64,000 bases of DNA, from assembly GCA_030704615.1 (NCBI GenBank), contig CM060732.1, positions 82,460,001 through 82,524,000 of the forward strand. The letters are read 5' to 3'. Source of the DNA: Takakia lepidozioides (Eukaryota > Plantae > Bryophyta). Under the pieces are notes generated by a model. The model saw nothing but the letters and a program-made list of their open reading frames with translations. It searched no databases and was not told the DNA's origin. Position 1 is the stretch's first letter. Each line of letters opens with the position of its first letter. Both the position numbers and the translations under genes were made by a program. Of the stretch, positions 48,979 to 62,319 are shown in pieces.

Positions 48979-50900
48979 CTAGTGCATAATTATTATTACC
49001 GAGCTTATATCACAAATTCTGAAGCAGTTTTTCAGTCTGAGGTGAGGAAGTCCGTCTTTCATGTAAAATCTGAAATGATGTGGTTTAATAATGCCCACAA
49101 ATGAATCGCGTCCAGTCGGCAAGTGTGATGTTATATATATTTTTAAATCCCAGATGTCCTCCAATTGATTGACAAACATATTTTCTTGTTTGCCTACCCC
49201 TGCCTCGCGTATCAAAGAGATCAACTCTTTTATTGATGAAATATCAGTTCGTTTCAAAACCCCGGAGATAACACTGAAATGTTGATCAATGTCTTCACGT
49301 GTGTGGCCAACGATGAGAAATCCAATATGGATGTCACAAAAGACTTACCCCAAAACAACCAAACTTACACACAATGCAAACAAATATTTGTTTTTGTTTT
49401 CTCACCCACAATTGTCGGCTTGAATATACAAGCTAGGAGATAATTTACCACGGGTTATCTTGACTGTCGTTGTCGTTAGCACTTTCATGATTGAGGTTAC
49501 AACTTGATTGTTGTTATGTTTGTGGTGGGTATCCACCCATAATTCACAGAATAATCCGTACCCATGTACCAGTATGTCACACAAATGTGTCTTAACGTAT
49601 CGTTCCGTAGTGCCTTTTATTATTTGATGCAACTTTGAAACCATTGTAGTGTTTGGATCTATACCATCCATAAAAATTTGTCAAGCGCCAATATTGTTTT
49701 ATTCTCTGCCTCACAATAGTCTTCTCGTTCCTCCTCATACAATGTGTTATGTTGACGGATATTTGTTTCCATAGTAGCTCTCATTCTTTCGTTGGCACAC
49801 GCCTCATATGTCTAGGCTTTGTATTCCCAGCACAAATAACATTTTGAGAATCGTAAGGTCAGAGGGATTTACACATGTGGAACACATGCATTTCCACAAC
49901 ACATGTGCATACCTGCTTTGCTTATCCTTCATAAGCCCATGATTTAACATCTACATGACCATTTCTTTCCTCGTATTCATGGGGAGCAACACAAGAGGCC
50001 GAGTAGTCCCCAAATGGTTATATTGACGATGTGGTTGTGTACAACCATGCTCATTGAAGTACGATTGCAATATTGTTCGGGCACAAGTTGTATGAGTGAA
50101 TTCCCAAACTGTACTATCGTTCGCATGACGTACAACAAAGCTTTGATGTCGTGTTATGTCGTGGCCCATTATTCCCCTTATTCATTTAATTCTATCAGAT
50201 GTTCATCATGTGCTTTAGTATAGACGGCGGGAGGCCATTATACCTCTTGACTCATACTATGTTTAAGCTAACCCTACAGCGATGTGGCTTCATCAGGACC
50301 CTTCATTATTTAATGGACATGATGCATTGTAATCTGACCCGCCCGTGGCATGCCGCCACGTGGGGGATCATCCCAACCTATGGTTTTGGGTATATGGTCT
50401 GACTTACTTGAGTAAGGCCGGTTCTATTTTCGTTTGTACAACCTGATGTACAGTTTGGTAACGGAACTCTCTGGATGTTCAGACTTGTGCATGTTTGACG
50501 TCGTTCATGTGCTGTACATTGTTCTCCTCTACGCGTTCCTCTTACACTGCGACAACGAAACATGTATTTCCTGAGTTATACGCCCTTAACTTAAACGTGC
50601 CTAGAAGAGGATAGTCGAATCTCATCCAACCACAAAATGAGGCTTCACATGTGTCCTGCATGTCGCATCATTTTTTAATTTTTGTATCCATGTTTTTGAG
50701 TAAGCAATTACATGGCCATAACATCCATTGCAAACTCGACGTTGGTATGGAATTTTGTATGACATGACGTTTCTTCGGTAATGATCATAAACTCCCTCAA
50801 TTGATTCAATACGTCCCATTTAACACGTTCACTATGGATTGTACTGGACCATGCTTGATATCGCAAATTTAAAATATCCAATTACGATATGCGTGCCAAA
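48979..50900 (-). pseudogene. Decayed Sola-like DDE transposase
   Basis: RFSKCYLC, MDG(I)D, LYIQADNCG*ENKNKY, FLIVGHTREDIDQHFSVIS, PHHFRF; many stops; boundaries approximate. Confidence 0.7.
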
Positions 50901-53077
50901 CAATTCATCTTGCTAGTAGAAACATATTTTATTTTGGTCACGCTATCAAATGTCACTTTTGCATTCCTCGACTCTCCAATTTTGTATCTCATGTCCATTT
51001 TGTTCTTCAGATCGGCCATTGAATATGTACGTTTGGCTTGAGATTTGTTCAATCCATCTTGGAATATATTCAAGCTCGATACAGTCGGTGTAACATTACT
51101 GCCTTGGCTCTTGCATGATCATTTGAAACTGTTGGAATAGGCACTGGAATAGAACTTGAATTAGTATCTTTATCTAAAAGTCAATCAAATACGGACAAAG
51201 CCGATAGACTGCAATTCTTGAATTTTTATCGTTTGTGTCACATTCTGTCTCAATTAGGAAACACAAAATCATCCAAGTCTAATAAATCAGTTTGTCGAGG
51301 TGCAACTCGTTTGAAAGATTGTTGCGATTGTTGATTCACGTGTGGATTAGGGCCATTGGTAGGAGTTGTCTCTTCCCTTCTATAGTTTATCGTCGACGAT
51401 TGTAATACGACTTGTTTTGATTTAATGAGCTCAGAAGGCCATCGGATGATGGAATTCAAGCATTCCTCCAATGTATCCATAAAACCTTCGTACACTGTTG
51501 TTGTAGGCACATTCACTGATATAACAAGTATAGCCTTCTCTGAATCTTTCAATGGCACAACAAGCAATACATGTCATGTTACAAATTCTTGCTATTTGCC
51601 TTCTACCACCACCACTCCCTCTACATTTATCAAATTTACCAAGAGTTAACTCGGATGATTTGCAATAAAAACATGACATAAGTAGAATTCTTCATTGAAC
51701 ACAAATTAATAATGATTCATTTTTAAACTTCTGAAAATGGAGAAAATTTTGGAGAATGAACTCTCCGGGTTGGACAAACAGCTTGAGAGGCAGGTCAAGA
51801 CGTTAACCTCAGAAAAGACTAACATGAAACTCCACAACGTGTTTCTCGGTGGTTCATTTGAACTCGATGTTAGAGCGTTTATTGACAAAATCCGCGAGTG
51901 CCTGTATGAGGAATGTGACAAGGACAAGCTCCCGCCTAACGAGAGATCCGCATGGTTGTGGTCGCATGTTGCTAAAATGATTGTTGAGACACCTGGTAGT
52001 CGGCTAACATCGAAGGCAAGATCGTTCATCTCGATATAGATTTCTTGCGGAAGCTTAGGACATTGAGAAAGGTTTATGTGGACATTAGTTATCAGATCTG
52101 CCACATTAGTAACGTGGTAACCATTGCATATTCCTTGAACAATGTCAACCTCAGTCAAGGTAACGAAGAATTGAGGAGTCTTTACGTGAAGTGCTTTGGT
52201 GTTGATGTGAAAACAATGGTGAAGAAGACAATGTTGCAACCAATGCTCGGCTAGGATTCAAGCTAGGATAGGGATTCTCTCCTAGAGCAGCAACTCACAA
52301 CCTGCTTCTTCTTCGGCAAAAAGCGGCAACTTCTAAGCTAAACGGTGACGCCGGTATTGCTGCCGTACCTGTCGCCTCGCCTGCACAAGCCCGCCATAGC
52401 TACAAAGCAGGTGCAGCTGAGGACCACATAGCTTCCACCAGGTCATTGCAATCTCAGTAGTCAAGCACCGAACATCATCTCTCTAGACCAGCTCAATCTT
52501 CTAGTCGACAACAATCTCCTACTTAGCGAACAACAACGCACCATCTTCATGCCATACGACGTCCACGGAGATTATGATAATGAAGTTGATAACCATAAGC
52601 AAGACAACCGCGGAGATTTGGATCATGGAATGCGAATTTGCAGAGAGAGGTAACCATTGTGTCGTTTTTTAAGAATTTCAAAACGAATCGAGGTCACAAA
52701 TAGTCGGATTTCACGAGGATTTAGGTTTCTTTCATCGGTGAAATAGTAGCACCATTGCAATTATTTGGGAGATAGATTGTTGGCCTTCTCGTTCAGTGTG
52801 CTATGCAGCATAACGTCAAGACATTTATCCTCTTTCCCTTCTTTTTGACATGGTACATCTGATTCATTCCAATAACAATAGTACCTGTATGTACCAATTG
52901 TATCATGTCAAAGTGACTGACATTGATTTGATGATGAGGATAACGCACTCAGTGTCAATGCCCAACCTTGCTTCATATTTGTTCAAGCGTGTAGGTGTTG
53001 GATGCTCCTAGTTAGTTAGGAAAGATTGGGTAGTCGTCAATCATTAATGGACTAGGACCCCTTTTTCTGCAAGGAAG

Positions 53078-53360
53078 GAGTGTTTTTATTTCTGGCGAAA
53101 TTTCGCACTTTTTTTACCTGAAAAAAAATGAATATTTTCTCGTAAAATTCCCTATTTTTTCATGGATGTAATCGCCAAATTTCTCCAAATCAATATATAT
53201 TATGGATGAATTTGCTAAATATGGATGATATCAATGGATGAAAGTATATACAGGGATGATTCTAACCAAATTCCAGTGGACGAACAGAAAATATGGCTAT
53301 TTCCTGCAAAACTCAGTAGCCATTCGTGCTATTTTCCAAATTTGGAGAAAAAAAACACTG
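53078..53360 (+). mobile_element. hAT-type MITE, copy 1
   Basis: TIR (G)AGTGTTTTT...AAAAACACTG; 8-bp TSD CAAGGAAG (53070-53077 and 53361-53368); homologous to 59936-60221. Confidence 0.9.
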
Positions 53361-54099
53361 CAAGGAAGACTCCACATTTCAGTTCACTCAGTTCCAACAA
53401 GCATTGTTCAAGGGGGGGGGGGGGGGGGAATGCAATACATTCAGGGACTCCGCTCCCTTTCTGGTTTTGAAAAATAAAAATAAAAAATGGACTTATTATT
53501 ACAATCAATTTAAATGAAATATAAATTAACACTTCAATTCGTTGACCCAACTGGCAAAAGAGGCGAGCATGCGCTACCTCGAGGAGGTCAAACATAAGAC
53601 GAAGAACCCCACGTCCAACCAGCAAAGCTTAAAACACCACTCTTCTCCAAGCATCATGATGAGGTATGCAAGTTCTATCTATGTGGATTGCACGGGCAGG
53701 TAGGCCCGGCGTTGGGTGTTTGTGCCTTGCCCCTGCATAACCTCGGGTTCAAAGTGTCCATGTTGGCAGGCAGTAGTCCTAGGAACAAAGTGACGTGAAA
53801 TCTACCATTCTGGCTAGTCGGAAGAGTATTGGTTTCGTACGAAAACGACATTTCACAGCTGCTTACTGTCGTGTGCATGTTGAGTGATGAGAGAAGTAAA
53901 AAGTAAACTAATGTTTATGACAGAAATTGATAGACAGAAATGAACGGGAAAAATTCAAAGTAAAACACAAGTGCAAATATGAAAGCCAGGGAAGACAGCT
54001 TTTGATCTGGCTCTACAAAACCTCATAAGGTTTTAATGTTTTCTCGAATGGGATTGTAACAACTTGCACAGTCCTTTCTAGTCCTAAGTTGCAGCCACT

Positions 54100-56480
54100 T
54101 GTGTTTCTGTACACTCCAGCTGCAGTGTAAGTTACCACCACTTCACTAGTGGTTGCAGGTTCAAACCGCTGGATGTCATAAAGGTGTCCACCTTCACCGG
54201 AGGGAAGGCAGTAGCTCAGACACCATAAGTTACACTTGCTTTGGCAACGCATCCACTTTTTATGTACAAGTCTCATAGGTTGAAACCATTCAAGAGTTAC
54301 AGCTTCAATTTCAGCAGAGCAAAGCACGACGTCTCTGACAATCACCTGGATCCCTGAGAAGATTCATGAACCATACAGTTCTTCAGAGTAGGAAAACCTT
54401 TACATGCACATTCCTTCAGCAAGCATGGAAGCATAAAACCGCATGATGTCATTGACCACAGTGGTTTGCGTATTACTATATTGCATTTGTTCTCATGAAT
54501 CTGACTGATAGTCCGATCAGCAAAGAGACAGAGAGCTGGGTATAAAAAGCTGACAGCCTCCCAGGAGCCTGATGATGATGCAAAGCTGTGCAACCACCTG
54601 TCCTGCCCAACTCACCAACCACCACCACCAACCCCAACCCCAACCCCCCAGTCCTCCCCCGCAACCATATCTCCGTATGACCAAATCTTCATGAGTGCCA
54701 GGAAGTGCACAACTATTTCAAGACTTGAGCTCTGAGAGGACACCCATAATAAGTATGAGAAGAAGGCCAATAGGCACACCGAGCACCCTCATGGTGGCAG
54801 GGAACAATACCCGCACCAATACTTGTGGTTGTGAGATTGAATACTGCAATTCCAACACTAGCTCCAGCAATGCCTGTCCTACCATATTTTTCCTCTTTAC
54901 TCTCCAGTCTGCGTTCATTCCCTGTGTCTGAGTACTGACTGTCTCTTGGGAGTAAAGGCCGCTCATCCAGCGGCACTTTGAGAGAATTTCGGGGAATTAC
55001 AATCGGCGGTAGACCTGGTCCAATGGGAACTGTTGTCAGATACTGAGCTCATAGACCAGAACAAAGAAAAAAGTTGGTACGAGAGGGTTGGAGCATAACA
55101 TAAGCATTGTGCTACCAATTACCTCAAATTGCGTCCTCCTAGCACAAGCAATGCCTTTCTGTAGTCAGACAAATCCACCTACATATCTGTTGGTAAAAGT
55201 GGCTAAGAAACCACATAAAAATCTCGAATGGTTATAAACAGCATCCATGGCAACCACAGTGAAGCTAGTAACGGTAACCTCACACTACCTTACGGTAGGG
55301 ATGATTGAGGCAAGAAGTAAGATGCTGTTTCCTCCCTTAGACACACACAAGACACTGCACACCTTACCTTACAGTCATCTACGTGGTAGACATGTTCAAA
55401 CCTCAACAGAATCCTAGATGGGGGGGGGTAAAAGAAGAGACTAGCGGCTCACATATGGAGGACTGCATTGCCCAGATTCTGCCCTGCAATCCCTCTCTCT
55501 GAAGTAAACTTCTGCACTATCCCCCACCAGGCCTCAGTAGACCAGCCCAGAACCCACAGACAGAAACAAGACTCACATATGGAGGACTGCATTGTCCAGA
55601 TTCTGCCCTGCAATCCCTCTCTCTGAAGTAAACTTATGCACTTCCCCCACCAGGCCTCACTAGACAAGCCCAGAACCCAAAGACAGAAACAAGACTTTTC
55701 AGAGTTTACATGTCCGAAGAAAGCTTTCGCACAAACCCCTGACCTAGAAAGGTTCTGTTATTTGTTCACTGGATAACAGTACTGATGTGGTTGGAAGAGT
55801 GTATAATAGAACTGAAATCAAAAAACAAATTCTTCATGTAGTGAGAAAACAGTTCATGGTGTGGATGCAGACTTCTTGAACAAAGATCCAAAACTGACCT
55901 GGTGACAGGTTTTGCACTTGATAGGCATGTGCAGCTTGCTTTGGAATTGCCCCATTCAAAGGGAAGAAGGGAAAATCAGGGGAGAGTGAGGGTGAAGAGG
56001 GAGGGATTGGGGTTCCAGAACACCTGTTTCTGATTCCTGCTTTGTCACGCCATGATGGAGGGTTGATGACCTTGCAGACGTGATGATGGGGTAGATCTGA
56101 GCGCCCCAAAGTCATACTTCTTCTGCCTCCTTTGAGCGGTGTTGCGATTGCATGCCTCTCAACAGCTTGCAACGATTATTCACTCCCCAAACCAACCGGT
56201 TCATGAAAACACCATGAAAGCTGGAATCCCGGTGGATGCATTTGACACATTTGAACTCAGTCCAAAAAGATTCTCCAAACAAAGTAGCAGGCTCACAAGA
56301 GTTTGTTTCCAAACCCCTCCAACTGTAGATGTGCACATAAGCGCCAGCTTCATGAGATTTACCCATCAAAACCTGTTGATGAGTCTCGTGAGCAACAATA
56401 TAGGAGTATAGGCTGCAGGAGAATCGAAAAGCGGTAAGATGCAGGAGCTTCGTACAACAGAGATGCCAGGCGCTCAGGAG
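54100..56480 (-). pseudogene. Decayed partial duplicate of the AVT6-like locus (5' CDS, upstream region and a 3' fragment)
   Basis: 54580-56480 aligns to ~44875-46530 with frameshifts; ACTCCAGCTGCAGTGTAAGTTAC is shared at ~54112 and ~43335; internal ~123-bp tandem duplication at 55449-55695. Confidence 0.9.
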
Positions 56481-57237
56481 CAAGGAAGAAGTCAGTTCTG
56501 TTTCGTTAGCAGACTAGGCAATCCCCGTCTCATTTATGTGCAATTGTGGAAGAGTTGAGTCTACAGACAGGTCTTCTTGGTGCAGAGCAGCGCTGCAGCC
56601 CAAACAAGAAAGCATGGGCACAAGTACTGGAGCAGTTTACCCAACAATCCCAAACCACCTTCGATACTCAACACTCCCTGAGACTGAAAAATCTGACCGA
56701 CGAGATCACACTTGTACTTCACCAAAAGCATCTACAGCTTGTTTCCGTGGACAGGCAACCACTGGCAAAGCATCAAGCTATACTTATATGAGGCTGAATC
56801 AAATCCAGCAAATATGAATCGATCCACTTACATACATGTCGATTAGTAATTTGTATTCTTCCAGCCAATTATACATGCATGCATTGGGATGCCATCATCT
56901 CCATCGCTGCCTTAAGCAAAATGTGCATGTTGAAATGCCATGTTATCCACAAAGGTGGCACTTACTGCCATGCTTCAGCCAAAGCAAAGCTTCCGATCAC
57001 ATAAAAGGCTGATGCTTTAATGGAGCAGATCCTTTAGTTCCCTTGCTTCACAAGATCCAAAACCTCTGATCGCAAACCACCGGTTGGCAACAGAGAAGAT
57101 GCTCCAGGCGAATGCAACACAAGTTCACACAATTGATCTGAATCTTGGCACAATTCAGTGTACAGCCCTATGCCTCATCCTTGAAATAGTAGAATGCCCC
57201 AGACAAAGATTGTTCCGTTCAGGGGGCACATCAAGCT

Positions 57238-58211
57238 TTACTTTTTAACACACTGAAAGCCCCTACAAATGCCAAGCCAAATTGCAAACAGTATGGCACA
57301 GACGACAATGTCCAAAATCAGCACAACTTTCACATTGCGCCACCACATGCCGGAAGCAAGCTGTTGCCCCTTTTGCCTCAAGTTGCCACCCTTCTGCATG
57401 TGCATGCCTGAATCTGGTGTACAGCCTCCTGCCACCAGTGTCTCAAGCTTCTGGCCTTTGTCCAACACCTTACCGTTGGATTCCATCATGATTTCCTTCA
57501 CCTCAATAACCTGTAGCACATTTAATGTAAAAGAATGTCAAGGGAACCATTTCCAAAGTTTGTTGTCAGACATAGTGAAACAAAACAAACTCCCACCTTG
57601 TAACAGCCTGAAAAACATACATCATAGACAATATAAATCCATTACAGAGACAACTTGCTCACCTGGTCCTTGACCGTCTTTTTGTCAATCTTCCGTCCTT
57701 TCTCTCTTAAAGGCTGGAGGTTTGATGGCCGATGCGATGTATGTTCAGACCTATGATGATCATCAGCCCCATCTCGTTGCGCAAGCAACTTCTCCTCCAT
57801 TCCGTTCACCTTCTTCTCAGGGAAACCTACCAGTGGTGCAACCAGATGCCGGTAAACAGCAGCAAAATCGTCTGCCAGGGAGTAGGCTTCAAGTCCACTC
57901 CCATCTAGCTCCAATCCCCGCGCTTGAAGCAGAAGCTTGAACTCATCTCGGACGTGTTCCAGAAAACAATAAGCCTTTTGTTTTCCCAGAGCCTCATCAA
58001 CAATTGCACAGTAGGTGAAAGCGCCCTCCATCAAGCAGTTGAACATTCGTCTCTTAGTGGTGTATGTGAACCGGCTATGTAGAGGCGGCACTTTCTCCAA
58101 GCATTCAACGGCCACAAGTCCTAGGTCACTGGCCACCTCACTGTGCTCAGCCAATATCATTGTGCCTTTTGCCACTGACGCATAGTACAGCAGGTTGGAG
58201 AATGGCCCCAT
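57238..58211 (-). CDS. Phytolongin / VAMP7-related longin protein; exons 58211-57663 and 57510-57238
   Basis: Longin domain (LYYASVAKGTMILAE...CLEKVPPLH...FTYCAIVDEALGK), GT-AG intron 57662-57511, C-terminal WWRNVKVVL-TM-CRGFQC. Confidence 0.9.
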
Positions 58212-59325
58212 GGCCACCCCCACTTCTTTGTTCGCCTCTCTAATATTTCCCCTCTCTTTCCGTCCTCTTGTCCTGGAACATAAAGCTCACTTCTAGCAGC
58301 CCTGCTCAAACTCCGACGCAGGGATCCCAATTTCGCACACTGTCTTCACACACTTGTATAATTCTGCTATGGCCGTTCTTATTCTTTGTGCTTAGACGAA
58401 AATCTCGGAGATGTCTTCACCTCAATCGTTCCAAGCAGACTTCTGACATCTAACATCTGACATCTACTATCCAAGTCTGGATTACAAATAAAACAGCCTC
58501 TGGATTTTCTCGTGCATATATCTCCCGCAGCTTGATTCCCTGCTCATCCCGAATTGTTCCCCAGAAAAGTAATGTCGTTGTCACCGTAGTGTGAATCATT
58601 CCCCAAACCACCCGCTCACCTCCATAGTAATGCAGAAGTCTCAATGATCCCGCATTGCCCGCAATGACATGGAATCCATTCCCCGTTCACAAATGAAATT
58701 TCCCAGTGCCAAATGGCAGAAACTGCTCAGCTAGCAACTTCCCCTAATCCCCGTTCGTGAAGGGACAAATGGCGACTTCCTGACGTCCTTTTTGTCAGCT
58801 GCAAATGACGCCCCTGTACTACGCCCGCTAATCTCTTCCCATGCAACAACATTCATACCACAGCCACGTCGACACAGTTGTATGGAAAAACACAACAAGC
58901 AAGCGCTGGAAACAAATGAGGGATAAAGAGTACAGGGAGAGAAATTATGAGAGGTAATGTTGAAGAACAACATGATACACACGACCTGGGACAGCTACAG
59001 AAGCTTGCAAGCCAAGGCAGCATACATCAGGAGCGAGGAAAAAAATGCCGACAGCGACGTACGACAAAGAAAAACGCGTAAAGACACTGCAAAGCTAGCA
59101 ATCACGACAGTCAAACCACCCCTCCCACAGCGCGAGACGAGAGAGACGATGCCAACCAAGACCTCGTAACGACGACATTCATCCGAAACTAGACAACATC
59201 CGTCGCCATCACTCACATGTCACATGTCACCCTCTCATTGCCTGGACCGAGCCAATAAGTGACCAATCGAAATAATTATACTAGCATTCATTTGATGTGG
59301 GTGGGGGACGTTGAAGTTGAAAAGA

Positions 59326-59690
59326 CCCAACCAGGTCCAACAGGGCTACTAACTACCAACCAGATTGGCCTCATCTTGTGTTTTTGCCTCATTAGTGCTT
59401 TGCCACTTGCTTCTTGGCTGCAGTACTACTCTGGGCAGATTGGCAGCTCTTTCCCTCTGCCCTGTTTTTAGTTCTCTCCTGCAGTATCCTAGAGCATGGC
59501 TTCCTGACTTCTCAGGGCTCCTGGATTTCTTAGTTCAAAAGCTTGCCCTTGTGGGCCTGATAGGGTGTTACCCAATCTACAATGATGTAAGCCTTATGGC
59601 TGGTTCTTTTTTCCAGGACTCCCCCCCTTTTTTAATACGATTTACAGGGCTTCCTCCCCTTTTTCTTCAAAAAAAAAAAAAAAAAGAAAA
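59326..59690 (+). mobile_element. LINE 3'-UTR stub with poly(A), inserted in the satellite
   Basis: GCCTTATGGC, CAGGGCTTCCTCCCCT and a long A tail (59669-59693); AAAAGAC on both sides. Confidence 0.6.
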
Positions 59691-59935
59691 AAAAGACGTC
59701 CACCTTCATTGCCGGACCACGTCAATAGGTGACCGGTCACCATATTCATATTAGGGAACCATGAACTTTTGGGTTCTATTGCAGTTTGGGTTGGCGGCGT
59801 TCAAAAAAGACATAGACCATTGTTGTCGTACCAAGTCAATAAGTGAAAGATTACCACAATTGAATTAGCAAACCATGAACTTTCGGGCTCTATTGCCATT
59901 TTGGTTGGTGGTGTTCAAAATTGAAAGACATAGAC

Positions 59936-60221
59936 CAGTGTTTTTATTTCTGGTGAAATTTCGCACTTTTTCGACCTCAAAAATCAAAATCGAAAAATTC
60001 TGTCGTAAATCCCCTATTTTCCCATGGATGAAATTTCCAAGATTCTCCAAGAAAAAATAAAATTTTGGATGAATTTGCCTAATATGGATGATATATATGC
60101 ATGAAAGTACATATGAGGATGATTCTGTCCAAATTTCAGTGGAGGAACAGAAAATATGGCTATTTCTTGCAAAACTCAGTAGCCACTCCTGTTCTTTCCC
60201 AAATTTGAAAAAAAAACACTG
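59936..60221 (+). mobile_element. hAT-type MITE, copy 2
   Basis: CAGTGTTTTT...AAAAACACTG; 8-bp TSD ACATAGAC (59928-59935 and 60222-60229). Confidence 0.93.
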
Positions 60222-62319
60222 ACATAGACCATTGTTGTCATACCAAGTCAATAAATGAAAGATTACCACAGTTGAATTAGCAAACCATGAACTTTCGGGC
60301 TCAATTGCCGTTTTGGTTGGTGGTGTTCAAAATTGAAAGACATCGACCATTGTTGCCGGACCAAGTCGGTCAAAGCCGACCAAAAGATGATGTCATGATC
60401 TGGTTTTGGACACTTCTATGTGCAAAACCTGGACCCAAACCCTATCTCGGGTCGATCTCCTAACTCTGGGTGAAAAGCTGATCGGTCCGATCTTTGACTT
60501 TCACTTCCTATAGCATGTTGGTTTTGGCGATCACCTGCTGAGCAGGTCTCTCTCTTGTGTGTGAATGTGGATGTGTCAAGGAAAGGAGACCGAGATGGGG
60601 TGGTTACATGGAAGGACCCCTTGCCAAGTCAACGGTTGGGCCATCGGTCAAACCCATTCCAACGGTGATGTCATTGGAAGGGGTCAGGTCTACATGGAAA
60701 CACGCTCCTATTGACCGATCACCACCCTTATATTAGCAGACCTCGAACTTTTAGGCTCTATTGCAGTTTACGTTGGTAGCATTCAAAGTTGAATAGTTGC
60801 CGGACCTGGTCAATAAGTGACCAATCACCACAATAATACTAGCAAACCATGAACTTTTGGGCTCTATGCCGTTTAGGTTTGCAACGTTCAAAGTTGAAAA
60901 GACATCAACCAATAGTTGCCAGACGTGGTCAATAAGTGACCAAACACCACAATAATATTAGCACACCATGAACTTTTGGGCTCTAGTGCCATTTAGGTTG
61001 GCAGCGTTCAAAGTTGAAAAGACAACCACCGCTGTTGCCTGTCCAAGTCAAAAAGTGACCAATCGCAACAATTATAATTATTAACAAACCATGAACTTTT
61101 GGGTGCTGTTGATGTTACGATTGGCGGTGTTCAAAGTTGAAAAGACAGCGGTTTCGGTTTGCAGCGGCCGACAGAATGATGCAGGCAGCTGCTTGGTGGG
61201 GCAGCTGCCCAATTGTTTGCATATTTTGCGGTACTAGGTACGGTTCATAGGTGCAGCATACCAAGGATGAGAACTTAGGTGGGTAGTGTGACGGAACCAT
61301 CTCATGTGACACCGAACTCCCGTGCCAATGGACCAAAAGAAAAGGAATGACGCCTCCCGAAAGAAGCATAAATTATGTTATCTCTTGAAGGTGGACACAC
61401 CTTTGAGACTTCAATCCGTGGACTACACCTTGGTTGTCATTGGGAACACTATACTCTCTTTGTACCCATCCCTGACCTTCACAAATGGGACTAGCTTACA
61501 TTGGCTAGAGTCTTCAACTCTCTTTGACTGTTATCAATGAAGCTTATTTCGTCCAAATTGTGAAGCTTATTTCTCAGGATAATTTGATGATGGGCCCTCT
61601 GAGTCAAAGTTTGATGGGGAATTTTGGATCCAGGTGTTTCTTTTTCTTTTTGGCAATTACTCTTAATCATTGTATAACTCATAATCTTCGTGAATGAGTA
61701 TTTTATCGGATTTTTGACCCCGATAAATTATAAAAGATTGAACACGCATCGAATTGATACTAGATCAATGTCCCAGAAAAGACACAATTTATGAATCAGA
61801 ACTAGAACCCTTCTCAAGCCAGAACGATAGCCTGGAGTGCTACCAAGACCACAACAATTTAAATCGTCCTAGCATGCACACTACAATATCATCATAGCAT
61901 ATTTTAATAACCAATAAACCTATTAATTGGTGGGTTGTCTCAAGTTTATTTTCATTTTTAAAACAACTAATTTAGTCTACAAGAAGACACATGCTGAGCC
62001 TACACTAGCTAGTGTTGAACATCAAAGTTTTTCTTGGCGTGTTTGTTCTACCTAGTACCATCTTTTGGTTTGGGATAATACAGAGCTACAAACCCAACAA
62101 TAGATAAAAGAGAGGGAAGACCCCGGCCAGAGCCAGCGTAATCCAAGAGTCACTTCGTCTCGCGACTGCTATTCAGGAGTGGGCCCTATATAAAAAACTT
62201 AAGGTCACGCCTAAGAAGTACCGGGTACCTAGGGTAAAATAGCACATAGGGTACAGAGGGGAGGTTGGATTCCAGTGATCGTTTTTTTTCTTAGCGAAAT
62301 TTCGCCAAATTTTGACCTC

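Larger units (their letters stand above)
59237..61150 (+). repeat. Diverged ~120-bp tandem satellite (about 8 units) interrupted by insertions
   Basis: Unit GTCAATAAGTGACCAATC...TAGCAAACCATGAACTTTTGGGCTCT...GTTCAAAGTTGAAAAGAC recurs at about 59.25, 59.72, 59.83, 60.24, 60.71, 60.81, 60.93 and 61.05 kb. Confidence 0.85.
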
